A stretch of 64,000 nt of DNA from Eledone cirrhosa (Eukaryota). Positions 1 to 12,749 of this stretch are shown one piece after another; the first letter of the stretch is position 1; each line of letters opens with the position of its first letter. Both the position numbers and the translations under genes were made by a program. The notes beneath the pieces were generated by a model that did no database searches, was not told where the DNA came from, and saw only the letters and a program-made list of their open reading frames with translations. The stretch covers positions 170,376,001 to 170,440,000 of the forward strand of contig OZ024743.1 in NCBI GenBank assembly GCA_964016885.1, in the 5' to 3' direction.

Positions 1-900
1 TTAAATAATGAAAATGTGAAGGAGGAAGGGATTGGCAAACTTTATGCTCCAGACTAGATTGTATAGCTCAACTGTATCCTGCAGACAAAATGGTGAAAGC
101 ATTGTTGCAGAGAACAGCCAGTAACATTCACTGCATCACCCATTTTCCTCTCATATGGATCCTTCATCAAGTGGGATGCAGTTCTCCCAATTTTGTGGTG
201 GAAAATGGCAGTCTGGGGTGACCAGCATGAAAAGGAAGCAATCAGTCAAGCCCTGGTATTTGGATATCTTCCACTCCTCAATTGATGATTTAAAATAAAA
301 CAGTTACATATGCCAAAATTATATATATATATATATATACACACACACAAACACACAAGATATATAGAGCCTTATGATTGTTATTCTGAATTTCATTTAT
401 GTAATTTTTTTATGTTACATATAACTACGACTTTTTAAATTTATTCTTCATTATAAACACTAAAGCTAAATGAGAAACAGAAAGGTCAGAAATGTTTTGG
501 CAGGGTGAGCTAATTGAGGGTTTCTGGTGTTGTCGCTTCCCATCCTAATTGTTGAGGGTTGGGGATTTTGGACAATTGCATCAATGCTCTATACAATGTT
601 GTATGTCCATGATTCTCATCATGGAAAAAAGTGATGCCAGTGAATCCTGAATTCTCATCTAACCATTACTCTGAAACCGAATATAGGGTTTAGTCAAATA
701 AATCAGCCCTTTTCCCTCAGTAGTCAAATGGCATCTTTTGTGTGTAAAATACAAGTCAGAATCTATGTAGAAGCTTATTAAATAGATTAATGTCCTCAAC
801 TATCAGAAAACACAAACCTATAAATCCACTACATGGTCACTCGATCATCTAGAAAGAGCAGTCACAAACTCCACTATAGTTTTAAAGGTTTACTCATTAT

Positions 901-1240
901 AGATACAGACATGGTTGACTTGTGAATAAGTTTTCTTCACAGTGAGGTTCCAGGTTCAATCCTACTGTATGGCATCTTGGGCAGGTGTTTTTTTTTTGTT
1001 GTTTTTTTTGTTTTTCTGTCAGCGCTTCAGGTCAACCAAAGCTTTATGAGTGAAATACAGTCTATGAAAACTGTATTGAAGCTCATTGGTTGGACTGTAT
1101 CTGTAATTCAAAGTGCAAGCTTTATCACACAGTATCACATTGATTCTGCCTGAGGATTACATTAAGAATCTTTGGAATACTCAGCCACTTACATGTTAAT
1201 TGAATGAGAACGTTGACTGAACATAATTGAAACCAATGGA
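901..1240 (+). mobile_element. Diverged tRNA-derived SINE (octopus-type)
   Basis: B-box-like GGTTCAATCC followed by ggcatcttgggcaggtgt and caaagctttatgagtg. A reverse-complement relative lies at ~60960-61093. Confidence 0.55.
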
Positions 1241-2287
1241 AGATCTATTATTTTACTGAGCACAGAAAGATGAATGCGTTTGGAAAAGACAACTCGGAAA
1301 ATTGATTGTTCTAAAACTCATTCTCATAGTCAAGAAATTGAGATTTAATTACTCAAAATTAATTTGCATGTTTAGGAGAAAGTAATCTTTGTTAGCAGGA
1401 AAGGAGACAGCTATTGTTGTTTTTTGATCTTTTGGAGAGAATTTTGAAAGAGATTAGCTTTACTTTCTTTGACCTGCATAAGATGTTGGACACAATTAGG
1501 ATCTATTGTGTGATCTACTATGGAATGTACTCATGAAGTTCAATTTCCCACCATGTTTTCTTCATATGTTGCAGCTGATGGAATGATGGCTAACGTTTTC
1601 TGTGGATAGCCAATCATCTCTGCTGAAGTTGATATAGGTGTTAGGGATGTCTTCTTACTCCCATTTGTTTTTAACATATATCTTGTCTCTGTCACACTAT
1701 TCTCAAGGTATCACTTGAACAATACAATATGTGTGAGATTTTGCCTGCTTTAAAACTTGGACCAGACTGCAGTATGCAGATGTTGTTACTAGTGTATCTC
1801 TTTCTCCATTCAGACAGTTTGCAAAGAACTGCTCTGTCCTTGAATTTGGCCTGTCAATGGGTGACACTCGATCTTCTTTTAATAATAATAATAATAATAA
1901 TCAACCTCTTACCAACATTTCTATTGAAAACCATATCTTGGGCTTCACCTCTTCTTTTGTGTATCTTAGGATCTTTTGTGTTTCAATTATATTGTTTGAT
2001 TGTGAAGCATGGGTGTTCTTCAAGAAGAAAATCAGAATATTTGAAGTCTTCCATTGTCTTCAGTGTGAATCGTTTGGAGAGAAAAAATTCTTCATACTGA
2101 AATTCTCAGGCACATACAGTCCATTAGCATTGAAGCAATGATCAGGAAACATATTCTCTGTTAGATCAGGCATGTATTTCCTATTGTTTTTGATATGTTT
2201 TGAATGAATATGGCCTTCAAAATGGTCAGACATTTATAAAAAAATCATTATGTACTGGAGTTGTGAAACAAAAACTATACTCTAAAC

Positions 2288-2429
2288 CAGTGGTCCGAGA
2301 GAAAATGTTGGTAGTCCGCAGAAAAATTCTAATGTATTTATCTTTTCAAAAAAATTCATATCAGTGGTCCGCAGGATTTAAAATTATGAATTTAGTGGTC
2401 CGTTGGCTCTGAAAGGTTGGCGACCACTC
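2288..2429. mobile_element. hAT-type MITE remnant
   Basis: Termini CAGTGGTC...GACCACT(C), flanked by the near-perfect 8-bp duplication ctctaaac/ctctaaat. Confidence 0.7.
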
Positions 2430-3726
2430 CTCTAAATGAGACTTAAAACATTTCAACCACACTGTCTAAACATAATGTGGTGATTACCTTCCTCGGCTTC
2501 TAAACAGGGTTTGGATTTTTCCTTATTTCTCAGACATAAAACAGGGGTCAGCTTATATTTAACTATATACTGTATATCTTATCTGCATACTCATCAGAGG
2601 TGTGGTCATGGTCAGTATATCCGATGGAGAATTATCTCCCCCATTACTGAGTTATCAGTAGGTTTTAGGTTTCTTTCTCCAGTTAAGGTGGAAATTTCGA
2701 TTAATTCACAATTTTAACAAGGTTAAGAATACATATTAATTGATCATTTTAATGTGGACAAAGCAAGTCATCTAAACTATAATAAAGTAAGGAGTGCGGG
2801 ACTGGGTCCAGAATATTTTTTTTTATCCCGTTTGTAAAATAAGTTGGATTACTTTGAATAAATAATGAATGAATATTACATAATTTATCTACCAAATTTC
2901 GTTATTCTTGATTAAATATAAATAATTTTGTGGGTTATTTTAGATTCACTTCTTTAAAATGTTCAAATGTCAACATTTCCGTCACTAATTTTCTCCTAAT
3001 GCAGTTTATTTATAATATCGTCTTTTTTTAATGTATCATGGATTATGTTACTGATTACATAAGACAATGTAACACAGTCTTCGTTCAATTTCTGTGTATA
3101 TTGTCAATTATGATTTTATTTGATGTATCATATCTATATGTATATATATACCTGCGTATAATATCAATATACACACTACACATGTTAGCAGAAAACCACC
3201 CAAAGGGTGGTTTTTCTGCTAGTTTTTATAAAGGAAGCATGTATAGTTAGTTGAATTTAGGTACACACCAGTATTTAATAGGTATCAACTTAATGTAGCT
3301 AGTACCTAATTTAGCCTGAGTGGAACTGAAAGAGATTATGTAGTAAAGTGTAATATAATAATGGTGATGATGATGATCATCATCATCCTCATTGTCATAA
3401 AGGATGGAATGAAAAAACATTGAACCTATTGTTTTCATTTCCCAACTAATAACTACCACCATCTCCATGGTCATGTTATGACACCACTTGCTGCTACTAC
3501 TACTACTACTACTACTATCATTTCCTGTAACTACACCTACTTCTACTGTTGCTTCCCCCTTACCTATTGCTAGCGTACTCACCCCCTTCCTTCAACACAT
3601 TTCTTGTGTGTTTTTGTTATTTGTAGTGATGTTTAATATCATAGTTGTTGTTGTTTAATCCTATGTCACCTCCCTGATAGGAACAACCTTAATAATTGAT
3701 ATATATATGCTAGTGATCTACTCAAT

Positions 3727-3990
3727 AAAAGCACCCAGTACACACTGTAAAGTGGTTTGTGTTAGGAAGGACATCTAACTGTTGAAAGCTTGCCAAAGGA
3801 GGGGTTAGGAGGATTCTTCAGTTTGTGTCAAAAGACATGACAACTTCTCTGCACTCAATAATGACTGTAATGACTGTACACCTCCCTGGCCTGTCTGGGA
3901 TGTCAGTGACCCTGCTTCTGTACTTACTTGGTCTATGTAGATCTGTCCAATATTTGATAGCAGAGAAAACAGACATTAAATGATGTTGAT
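3727..3990 (+). mobile_element. Old SINE / RTE-tail repeat
   Basis: Contains gttaggaaggacatct and ends gaaaacagacattaaatgatgttgat, matching the RTE 3' tails elsewhere in the window. Confidence 0.55.
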
Positions 3991-4277
3991 GTGGATTGTC
4001 TCTCTCTTGATCACTGGCTGCTGGTCTCTGTCCTCTGGGGCAATTTTGACCATCGCTGTTTTTGACAGCATTTAGTGGCTGTTCTAGCGGTGAGTTTTCT
4101 CATCTTTGTATGTATTCAAATACACTCTCGCTTCGTCTCGATCAGAGATAACTTTGTTCTTTTCATTTTTATATATATATGTAGATATATATGTTTGTTC
4201 GACCAGCTAGAAATAGCAGTTAAATCAACCGGGAACAAACATGTAGAGGCTCCCTTGTTGGTTTGTTTGTTGTAGAG

Positions 4278-4578
4278 GCAGTGATAGTGTCGGTTGTATG
4301 TGTGATGGTGGCAGTGATAGTGCAAGTGATGGTGGTGTTCGCAGCAGTGATGTTGGTTGTATGACTGGGGATAGTGTTGATTGTGTGAGTGGTGGTATTG
4401 GTGGCAGTGATGGTGTTGATTGTGTGAGTGGTGGTATTGGTGGCAGTGATGGTGTTGATTGTGTGAGTGGGATGGTGGCAAGATGGAGTTGATTGAGTGA
4501 GTGGTGTTGATGGTGGTGGTGGTAGTGATAGTGTTATTAGTTATGGAGTTGAGTGTTGTGATGGTGTTGGTGGTCATT
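4278..4578. repeat. GGT/GAT-rich minisatellite with a ~39-bp tandem unit
   Basis: ggtggcagtgatggtgttgattgtgtgagtggtggtatt is repeated. Confidence 0.85.
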
Positions 4579-5383
4579 GTTAAAAATGTTTTGGTCCTCA
4601 GTTGTTGTATGTATGTGTGTTTAAAATTGTGTCTGTATAAGGATTGTCTCTTCTAGAATCTTTTTCTTTTTCTTTCCTTCTCTTTTTACTTTCTCTCTGT
4701 GTGCCTTGATTTGTGTCTTTCTCACTTTCTCTTCTTACATGCACACACATATATATATATAAATAGCCCTCTCTCTCTCTTCTAAACAATTGAACAATTT
4801 TAACCCATATTTTACAAGTTACAGGCTTTTATTTTTTTTATTGTAGATTATATTGTTTTTGTTTTTACTTTCATTTTATTCTATTCATTTTTCTCCATAG
4901 ACAAACACACATTCTTATACACACATACATCCTTATATACTCACACACACATTCATTATATACACACTCATTCTTACATATACATTCCCCCCATATTTCT
5001 CAGCCCTATTGACATCTTTGTCTTTCGAAATGCACACACATCTCTGTCCCCCCTCCCCTCCACACACACCTCTCATTGTCATCATCATCCCTCATCGTCT
5101 TCCTGTTCCTTGTCCATTCTAATTCTCTCTTCAGTATATTTGATATGTGAATCAAAAGCAGATATACAAAGTAGAAATGCCGCTCATAAGACGGCAGAGA
5201 TCAAATTCATTTCCATTCATCTGTGCCCGTTTTACCTTTCAGGGACTAGAAAAACGAAAGAGAGAAAAGTTACAAGCAGGTATGTTAAAATAAATAATTT
5301 TTAAAATATATAATCTTTTTTTCTGTTTCCTTTACATACAGACATACACACACACACATACATTCACACACACACACATATGT

Positions 5384-5416
<33 letters not shown>

Positions 5417-5423
<7 letters not shown>

Positions 5424-5606
5424 GGAGCTTCTACAGGACTAGTACTGTTTCATTCAGATGAAATCTTCAGGAAGCCCTGAAGATTTCATCTGAATGAAAC
5501 AGTACTAGTCCTGTAGAAGCTCCTTCTATAAAATAAAAAATTTTACTCTGCCATGTATTGAGTACCTTACTTACTGTGGTTATCCCCGACTCAACCCGGG
5601 ACCTAC

Positions 5607-5608
<2 letters not shown>
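5417..5608 (+). mobile_element. Short fold-back element with hammerhead-like core and 3' tail (PLE-derived)
   Basis: Perfect arms 5417-5471 and 5476-5530. CTGAAGA at 5477, GAAAC at 5496, GTC at 5508. Only the right arm continues into an aataaa tail. (TA)n on both sides. Confidence 0.6.
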
Positions 5609-5667
<59 letters not shown>

Positions 5668-5982
5668 TATAAGTATATATATAAATATATAAGTATATAT
5701 ATATATATATATGTATATAGATAAATCTACCAATCTACATATTTTATATGTATATATATATATATGTATATATATATAAATATATATATATGTATGTATA
5801 TATATATGTATATATATATAAATATATATATATGTATATATATATGTATATATATATAAATATATATATATGTATATATATATGTATATATATATAAATA
5901 TATATGTATATATATGTATATATATGTATATGTATATATATATAGATGTATATATATATAAGTACATATGTATTTATATGTA

Positions 5983-8900
5983 TCATCATCATCGTCATCT
6001 TCGTTTAACATCCATCTTCGACGCTAGCATGAGTTAGATGGGAGTTGTCCCACTTGAGGCAAGGTAGGTCAAGTGACCGTGTCTCGCTCATATAGGACTA
6101 TCTGGCAGGTTTTCTACGGCTGGATGCCCTTCCTAACACCAACCACATTTACAGTGTGGAACTGGGAACTTTTTACCGTGCTAGCTACACAGCCACATTA
6201 CAGTGTGGACTGCGGTTTTTGGGGTTTTTTTTTTGTTCTTTTTGTCATGACACCTACATTACAGAGAGAGGGTGGTGTTGATGGGAGTGGGAGGATAGGG
6301 TAGGGGTAGTGGATTGGGGTGTATATTTGGTTAAGTGGTACCTACTGACTGTAGATTTGCTTTGTACATAGGCAAGGGAGGTCTTCTGTATTACTGCATA
6401 GCTCCAAAGATCTCGGTCGAGTGACATTGTCTTAGAGAGGTGCAAGTGTGTAAGGTCGGAATTTATCAGATCGTCCTTGGTTTTTCTGGGTCTACCTACT
6501 CCATAACTACCATCAATTTTGACGCCCTGCACTTTTTTATACAGCTGTCGTCTTTCATGCGCATCACGTGGCCATACCAACATAATCTCTCAAGTAACCA
6601 GCATCTGATCCCTCTTATTCCTAATTTCTCACTTAGTTCATTTTTGCTTTGACGTTCACGTATATTACTATTACACATCGAACGGAGCATGCATGCTTCG
6701 TTCCTTTCCAGTCTGCGCAGGTCCTCTACATATAATGCTCATGTCTCACTGCCATGTGGCATTGCTGTTCGTATACAAGCATCATACAATCTGCCATTCA
6801 TTTTTAGAGAGAAACCTTTTGTGGCCAACAATGGTATAAGCTCTCTGAACTTTTTCCATCCCGTTCTGACTCTGGCTACTGTACTTTCAGAACACCCTCC
6901 ACCACTGCTGATTTTGTCACCCAAGTAACGGAAAGTGTCTACTATTTCTATAGAACCATCTGGGCAATAGAAGGAGCTAGTATCCTGTGGACACTTGCTA
7001 CTTATTGCACCTGAGCATCGGCCACATATAAAGTCTACGTTCTTAGATAGTTTACCTGTGATCCCACTACATCTTTAATGTACCCATACTTTGCATTTGG
7101 GACATAAAATTGAATTTTTGCCTACTCCTTTCCTACACACTGAGCGTGGCCATTTCCCTGAGGGTACTTGTGCCTTATTTTCCTTTCTACAAACTAGGAC
7201 TTTAGTCTTAGATAAGTTAACTTTAAGGCCTTTTGATTCCATGTTTGGAATTTCTTCTCTAGTTCAGCCATTGATTCAGCTATGAGTGTTAGATCATCTG
7301 CATATAGGAGTTCCCATGGGCAGCCGGTCTTGAACTCCTCTGTTATAGCCTGAAGGGCAATAATAAATAGTAGGGGGTTAAGAACAAAGCTCTGATGAAC
7401 ACCAACTTTTACACTAAAATCTTAACTATATTCGTTGTTAATTCTAACCTTGCTGACTGTTTCATTATACATAGCTTGTATAGCTCTCACAAGCCATTCA
7501 TCTACACCTAGTTTTCTAAGAGCCAACCAGATAATGTAGCGGGGGACTCTGTCAAAGGCTTTCTCTAGGTCTACAAAAGCTAAGTAGAGGGGTTTACTTT
7601 TAGCTAGGTACTTCTCCTGTAGTTGTCATACAATGAAAAGAGCGACTGTGGTACTTTTACCTGACACAAACCCAAACTGCATTTCATCTAGATCAATTCG
7701 CTCTCTGATTAGTTGCGTTATAACACTTTCTGTGACCTTCATGACCTGGTCAACTAACTTAATGCCTCTATAGTTTCCTCTATCTAGAGCAGCACCTTTA
7801 CCCTTGTAGCAGTTAATGATGATGCTGTTACGACAGTCTTTTGGTATGACCCCATTCTGTATTACTTGGTTAACTATACGGGTGACCATAGTATGTCCCA
7901 CCATTCTAGATGCCTTCAACATCTCAGCAACTATCTCCGAAGGCCCAGCTGCCTTGCCTGTCTTCATATCTTTGATTACCTTACTTATTATACTACCTTC
8001 AACTAGCACTGCTGGTCCCTCTATTGGATCGATGTGGGGGAGACTGTCTTTCTCCCAATTATTCTCCTCATTTAGTTGCCTTTCGTAGTGACACTTCCAA
8101 GCTAATTTCTTATCAGTGTCAGTGATGGCAAGTACACCATCATCATTAAGGACACACTTCTCCCCGACAATATCACGGTTTTCCTTGACACATTGCCTAG
8201 CAATCCTGAACACCTCACGTTTTTGGTCCTCGCATTGTAGAACATGCTTGAACTTTCTTTCCTCTGCTTCCCTTCTTGCGAAGTACACTTGTCTCCTAGC
8301 TTCCCTCCTGGCCACTTGATAGTCTTCTCTACTTCCCCCATCCTGCCATACTTTCCAAGCCTGCTTTTTGGCCTTAATTGACTCCTCCACCTTACTGTTC
8401 CACCACCACGTTACTCTCCTCCTGCCTATAGGCCTGCTCCAGCCACAGACTTCATCTGCCGCCATCAGCAGGTTTGCTTTCAGGAATTCCCACTGTTCCT
8501 CAATATTGTACGACTCTAATTGCTCTTCCTTACTGTCAAAAGCATCAAGTAATATGCTTTTAAATTTATTACTGGTTGTGGGGTCCTTTAGCTTCCATAT
8601 TTTTCTCCTGAGGATAGTCCTCTTCTGTTGTCGAGTACGTCTCGTCCTGACTATGAGGTCGCTAATTAAGAGTCTATGTTGAGAGGTACATTCTTCATGG
8701 GGGAGGGATTTAGTGTTTACAACAGACACTCTGTCACGTCTTCTGGTAAGGATATAATCTACCTGGCTGGTATGTTCCCCTGATCTGTAGGTGATCAAGT
8801 GATTGTCTCATTTTTTGAAGTTAGTGTTACAGATAGTTAGGTTATTTTGCGTCACAGAATTCCAGGATTCTGAAGCCTTCCTCATATCTAGTACCAAACC

Positions 8901-10157
8901 CATAGCCTCCATGGATTCCGTCATAGCCGTCACAATGTTGTCCAACGTGGCCATTTAGGTTGCCAGCGATAATTATGTAGTCACTGTCGGTTATTTGGGA
9001 GGTAGTGAGCATTAACGACTCATAGAATCTGTCTTTTATAACGCCAGGCAGTCCGGATTGGGGTGCATATGCAGATATTATTGTCACAGTAGTTCTATTG
9101 AGGACAAGTCTTATTTTAATTATTCTGTTGTTCACTCTATTTACGTCTATTATCTTATCCACCCATTTTTCTGCTAACATGATTCCTACCCACCCAGCCC
9201 ATTGTCATTTCCCACCCAGAAAAGCTTATAGCATCGTTTTTTACCCACAATGAATCTAGCAGACCTGCCCCTCCACCTGGTCTCTTGGATACAGCAAACA
9301 TCAACCTCCTTACGTTAAAGCATTTCTACAACCTCGTTAGAGCGACCTTTTAAGGTGCCTACATTTATGGTACCAACTCTGAAGCTTTGGATTGCGTTTG
9401 GTGGGTGGGAACGGTGGGGCGCAGGGAGGGGGGGGTTATGTTGGCCATCCGCGGCCGAAACAAAGAGGAGGAGTTCTTGCCTTTTCGTCCGGCAGCATGA
9501 GGTGAATTTGTCGTTATCTTTGGCATTGTCACTGAGTGTCAAGAATCTTCAGACTCTCCAGAATTCCTTAGTCCATCCATCATATCGAAAAGCAACCAGG
9601 AGAAGTGATAGCATAGGCCGCTGACTTATGACTTGTCCAAATAATAATGGTGGAGAGTGGGGGCGGGTGGGAGGGGTATGGGGTAGTTAGCGAGGAGGAG
9701 GTTTTAAATAAAGCATATAACAGTAATAAGCGATATACTGGGATTTTAAAATACACAAGATTATTTAGAACAACCAGACAGAATTATAGAATAGCATTGA
9801 GAAAGCAAGATTGGATTCTGGGCGATTATACAGATATATGGATGAATGAACCGAAGGGTGGGGAGACAAGAAGAAAATGGTATTTTTACATTACATTTCG
9901 TAGAAGTGGACTGACCATTAATAAGAGTTGACAAATTCTGAGATTCGTACCTCATAACAGGTTTATTTATATTTGGTGCGAGTAGGGAGTGATCGAGAGA
10001 GAGAGAGACCAACAGGCACGTATGTGATAAAGAGGGGGGTAGAGATTAAGAGGGACGAGGCAGGCCATTTTTATGAATCCTGGAAAATTTCGGCCAAAAT
10101 TAAAATTAAGCGAGTAGAAGGTTTTAAATAAAGCATATAACAGTAATAAGCGATATA
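5983..10157 (-). mobile_element. Near full-length RTE (BovB-like) LINE with disrupted APE endonuclease-RT ORF
   Basis: APE motifs (GTINVGTL, IQETRW, AGNLNGHVG, QVDYIL), RT motifs (EMQFGFVSGKST; ELLYADDL at ~7290-7315), RTE C-terminus (MPHGSETW, WYGHVMR, GRPRKT) and a (GAT)n tail at 5983. Several stops and frameshifts. Confidence 0.95.
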
Positions 10158-10199
10158 TATATGTATATATATGTATATATATATGTATATATATATATG

Positions 10200-10231
<32 letters not shown>

Positions 10232-10271
10232 TGTATATGTATATTTATATATATATATATATATATATATA

Positions 10272-10749
10272 GTTATGCTTTGGGAGGGTCATGTTGCCAA
10301 TAAGAAACACACGCACCAGTTGCTTTCACTCCAATTTATTATAAATTAAATTTAAGAATTTATAAATTTCAGGTTGGTTGACTGGTTTCATAACCGGACG
10401 GTTGTTCATATATTGTCAAAGTTCTTTCGTCACACATTCTGTGACCTCTTCAGTGACTGGGGATTCTTTTCTCTGTTTTTGTGCCTCTCCGTTGTTCTGT
10501 CCTACGCCATCTTGTTTTTTGTGTGTTCAGAACTTTGTGAAAGAACTTTGACAATATATGAACAACCGTCCAGTTATGGAACCAACCAACCAACCGGAAA
10601 TTTATAAATTTAATTCATAATAAATTGGAGTGAAAGCAACTGGTGCGTGTGTTTCTTATTGGCAACATGAGCCCTCCTAAAGCATAACAATATGGGTTTC
10701 AACACACATTTTCAGATAAAGAATCTTGCTAAACAAATTCAGAAACAAA

Positions 10750-10750
<1 letters not shown>
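10272..10750. mobile_element. Inverted-repeat hammerhead element
   Basis: Arms 10272-10428 and 10539-10688; the right arm has a tail to ~10750. A same-family copy lies at ~49760-50035. Confidence 0.75.
10415..10457 (-). ncRNA. Minimal type-I hammerhead ribozyme
   Basis: Minus strand reads gtca CTGAAGA g gtcac-agaatgt-gtgac GAAAG aa CTT tgac (stem I gtca/tgac, stem II gtcac/gtgac). Confidence 0.7.
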
Positions 10751-10797
<47 letters not shown>

Positions 10798-10914
10798 ATA
10801 TGATTCCGTTAATTTATTTTGAAATATATGTGTATCTGTATATATATGTATATATATATTCGTGTGTGTATGTATATATTTGTATATGTGTATATATATA
10901 TATGTATATATATG

Positions 10915-11105
10915 TAGAAGGTGAGTAATATTGTAGAACAATAAAACTATGGAAATATGTAGACTTAGCACTTTCCTGTAAACAAGTGCTATTATGCCTC
11001 ATATCATCTTACCTTATTTTATCTGATCAGGATGATTTTGTATTCAAAATGCGCATAATAAAATATATGGAACTCTTTTAACCATCTTTTCATTTCTTCT
11101 TTATT
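10915..11105. mobile_element. Degenerate copy of the 12750-13072 hammerhead family
   Basis: Shares aggtgagt..attgtag.acaataaa and aatgcgcataataaaata.atggaactcttttaaccatcttt with 12750-13072. Confidence 0.65.
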
Positions 11106-11169
11106 ATATGTACATATATATGTATATATGTATATATATGTGTATGACTCCGTTAATTTATTTTGATAT

Positions 11170-11201
<32 letters not shown>

Positions 11202-11211
11202 GTATATATAT

Positions 11212-11259
<48 letters not shown>

Positions 11260-11275
11260 GTATGTATATGTATAT

Positions 11276-11315
<40 letters not shown>

Positions 11316-11379
11316 GTAGATGTATATATATATATATGTAGATGTATATATATATATATATATATGTATATGTATATAT

Positions 11380-11410
<31 letters not shown>

Positions 11411-11456
11411 AGTGTATATGTATATAGAAGTATATATGTGTATACTTAAGTATATA

Positions 11457-11526
<70 letters not shown>

Positions 11527-11527
<1 letters not shown>

Positions 11528-11835
11528 TAGCAGAATGGCCCGGCGTTGCTCGGGCTTTGCTATAGGGTTCTTATATATTTGATATATATTTATCCTTATC
11601 GAACTTCGTGAAATAAATACGTTTGTTTATATTTTGTTATTGTGTATGCAAAAATATCTGTCCAAAAATATATAATTATATATATATATATATTAAAATA
11701 ACAGACTAAAGTTTAAGCAAAGAATCACTGCTTTCACCCTTAACGGGATATTCTACCTAAAAGCAGTATGAAGTACATACACTAAGACTAATTGATGTCT
11801 TTGGCCTTGTTTGTTTTTGTGTATGCAAAAATATA
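11527..11835 (-). mobile_element. Helitron 3'-end fragment
   Basis: Minus strand ends in the hairpin gcccgagcaacgccgggc followed by CTAG|T. Internal sequence matches 23345-23470. Confidence 0.7.
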
Positions 11836-11909
11836 TGTATGATGATGATGATGATATATGTATGTATGGTGATGATCATCATCATGCATACATATATACA
11901 TATACATAT

Positions 11910-11944
<35 letters not shown>

Positions 11945-11984
11945 CGTATGTATAAAAAGAAACAAGCATCACCAAACTCTGGGA

Positions 11985-12671
11985 GGGCTCTGTAGAAACA
12001 GTACACAGCTTCTGCTACCTAGGAGACCGAATTAGCAGCGGAGGTGGATGTTCGGAAAGTACAATAACTAGGGTAAGAACGGGATGGAAGAAGTTCAGGG
12101 AGTTACTGCCACTACTAGCTGCAAAAGACTTTTCCCACAAAATGAAAGGCAGACTGTATGATGCGTGCATACAAACAGCAATGTTACATGGTAGTGAGAC
12201 CTGGACGCTGTCTGTAGAAGACTTGCATAGATTAGAAAGAAACGAAGCCTGCATGCTCCGATGAACGGCAAAGCATAAACGAATTTAGAGAGACTGAGCA
12301 AAAGAGGAATCAAATGCTGTGTGCAGGAGAGGAGATTACCTTGGTATCGACATGTGATGCGTATGAAGGATGACAGCTGCACAAAAAGGTGCAGAGCAGT
12401 AGAAGTCGATAGAAGCCGCGGAGTGGGGAGACCCAAGAAGACCTGGAATGAGGTGATAAAAGCCAACCTTACCCAATTGCACATCTCAAGGGCAATGACA
12501 CACGACCGTGACCTCTGGCATCACGTAAATGAGGTTGGTGTTGGGAAGGGCATCCAGCTGTATAAATCAAGCTAGAATCAGTTCCTATATGAGCAAGACA
12601 AGGTCAGCCGACTGGACACTGCCCACAACAGGACAACCCGTCTAACCCATGCTAACGTGGAAGAACAGATG
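11985..12671 (+). mobile_element. RTE LINE 3' fragment
   Basis: [33 protein letters not shown] and GRPKKTW motifs, then the RTE 3' UTR. Confidence 0.9.
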
Positions 12672-12749
12672 TATATATATGTATGTGTATATATATATGT
12701 ATATATATGTATTTATATATACATAAGTATGTATATATATGTATATATA

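Noticed and set aside
1500-2170. ORFs 1729-2100 and 1857-2141 as a host gene
   Set aside because: No recognisable domain; more likely an extremely decayed LINE on the minus strand, too degraded to call.
2505-2600. CTGATGA...GAAAT on the minus strand
   Set aside because: No stem I, II or III pairing.
4116-4577. His/Thr-rich ORFs (also 42157-42579 and 43935-44465)
   Set aside because: Minisatellite translations with no splice or homology support.
5467-6011. Y/I-rich ORFs here and at 10161, 11108, 18130, 22081, 60365 and elsewhere
   Set aside because: Translations of (TA)n/(TG)n microsatellites.
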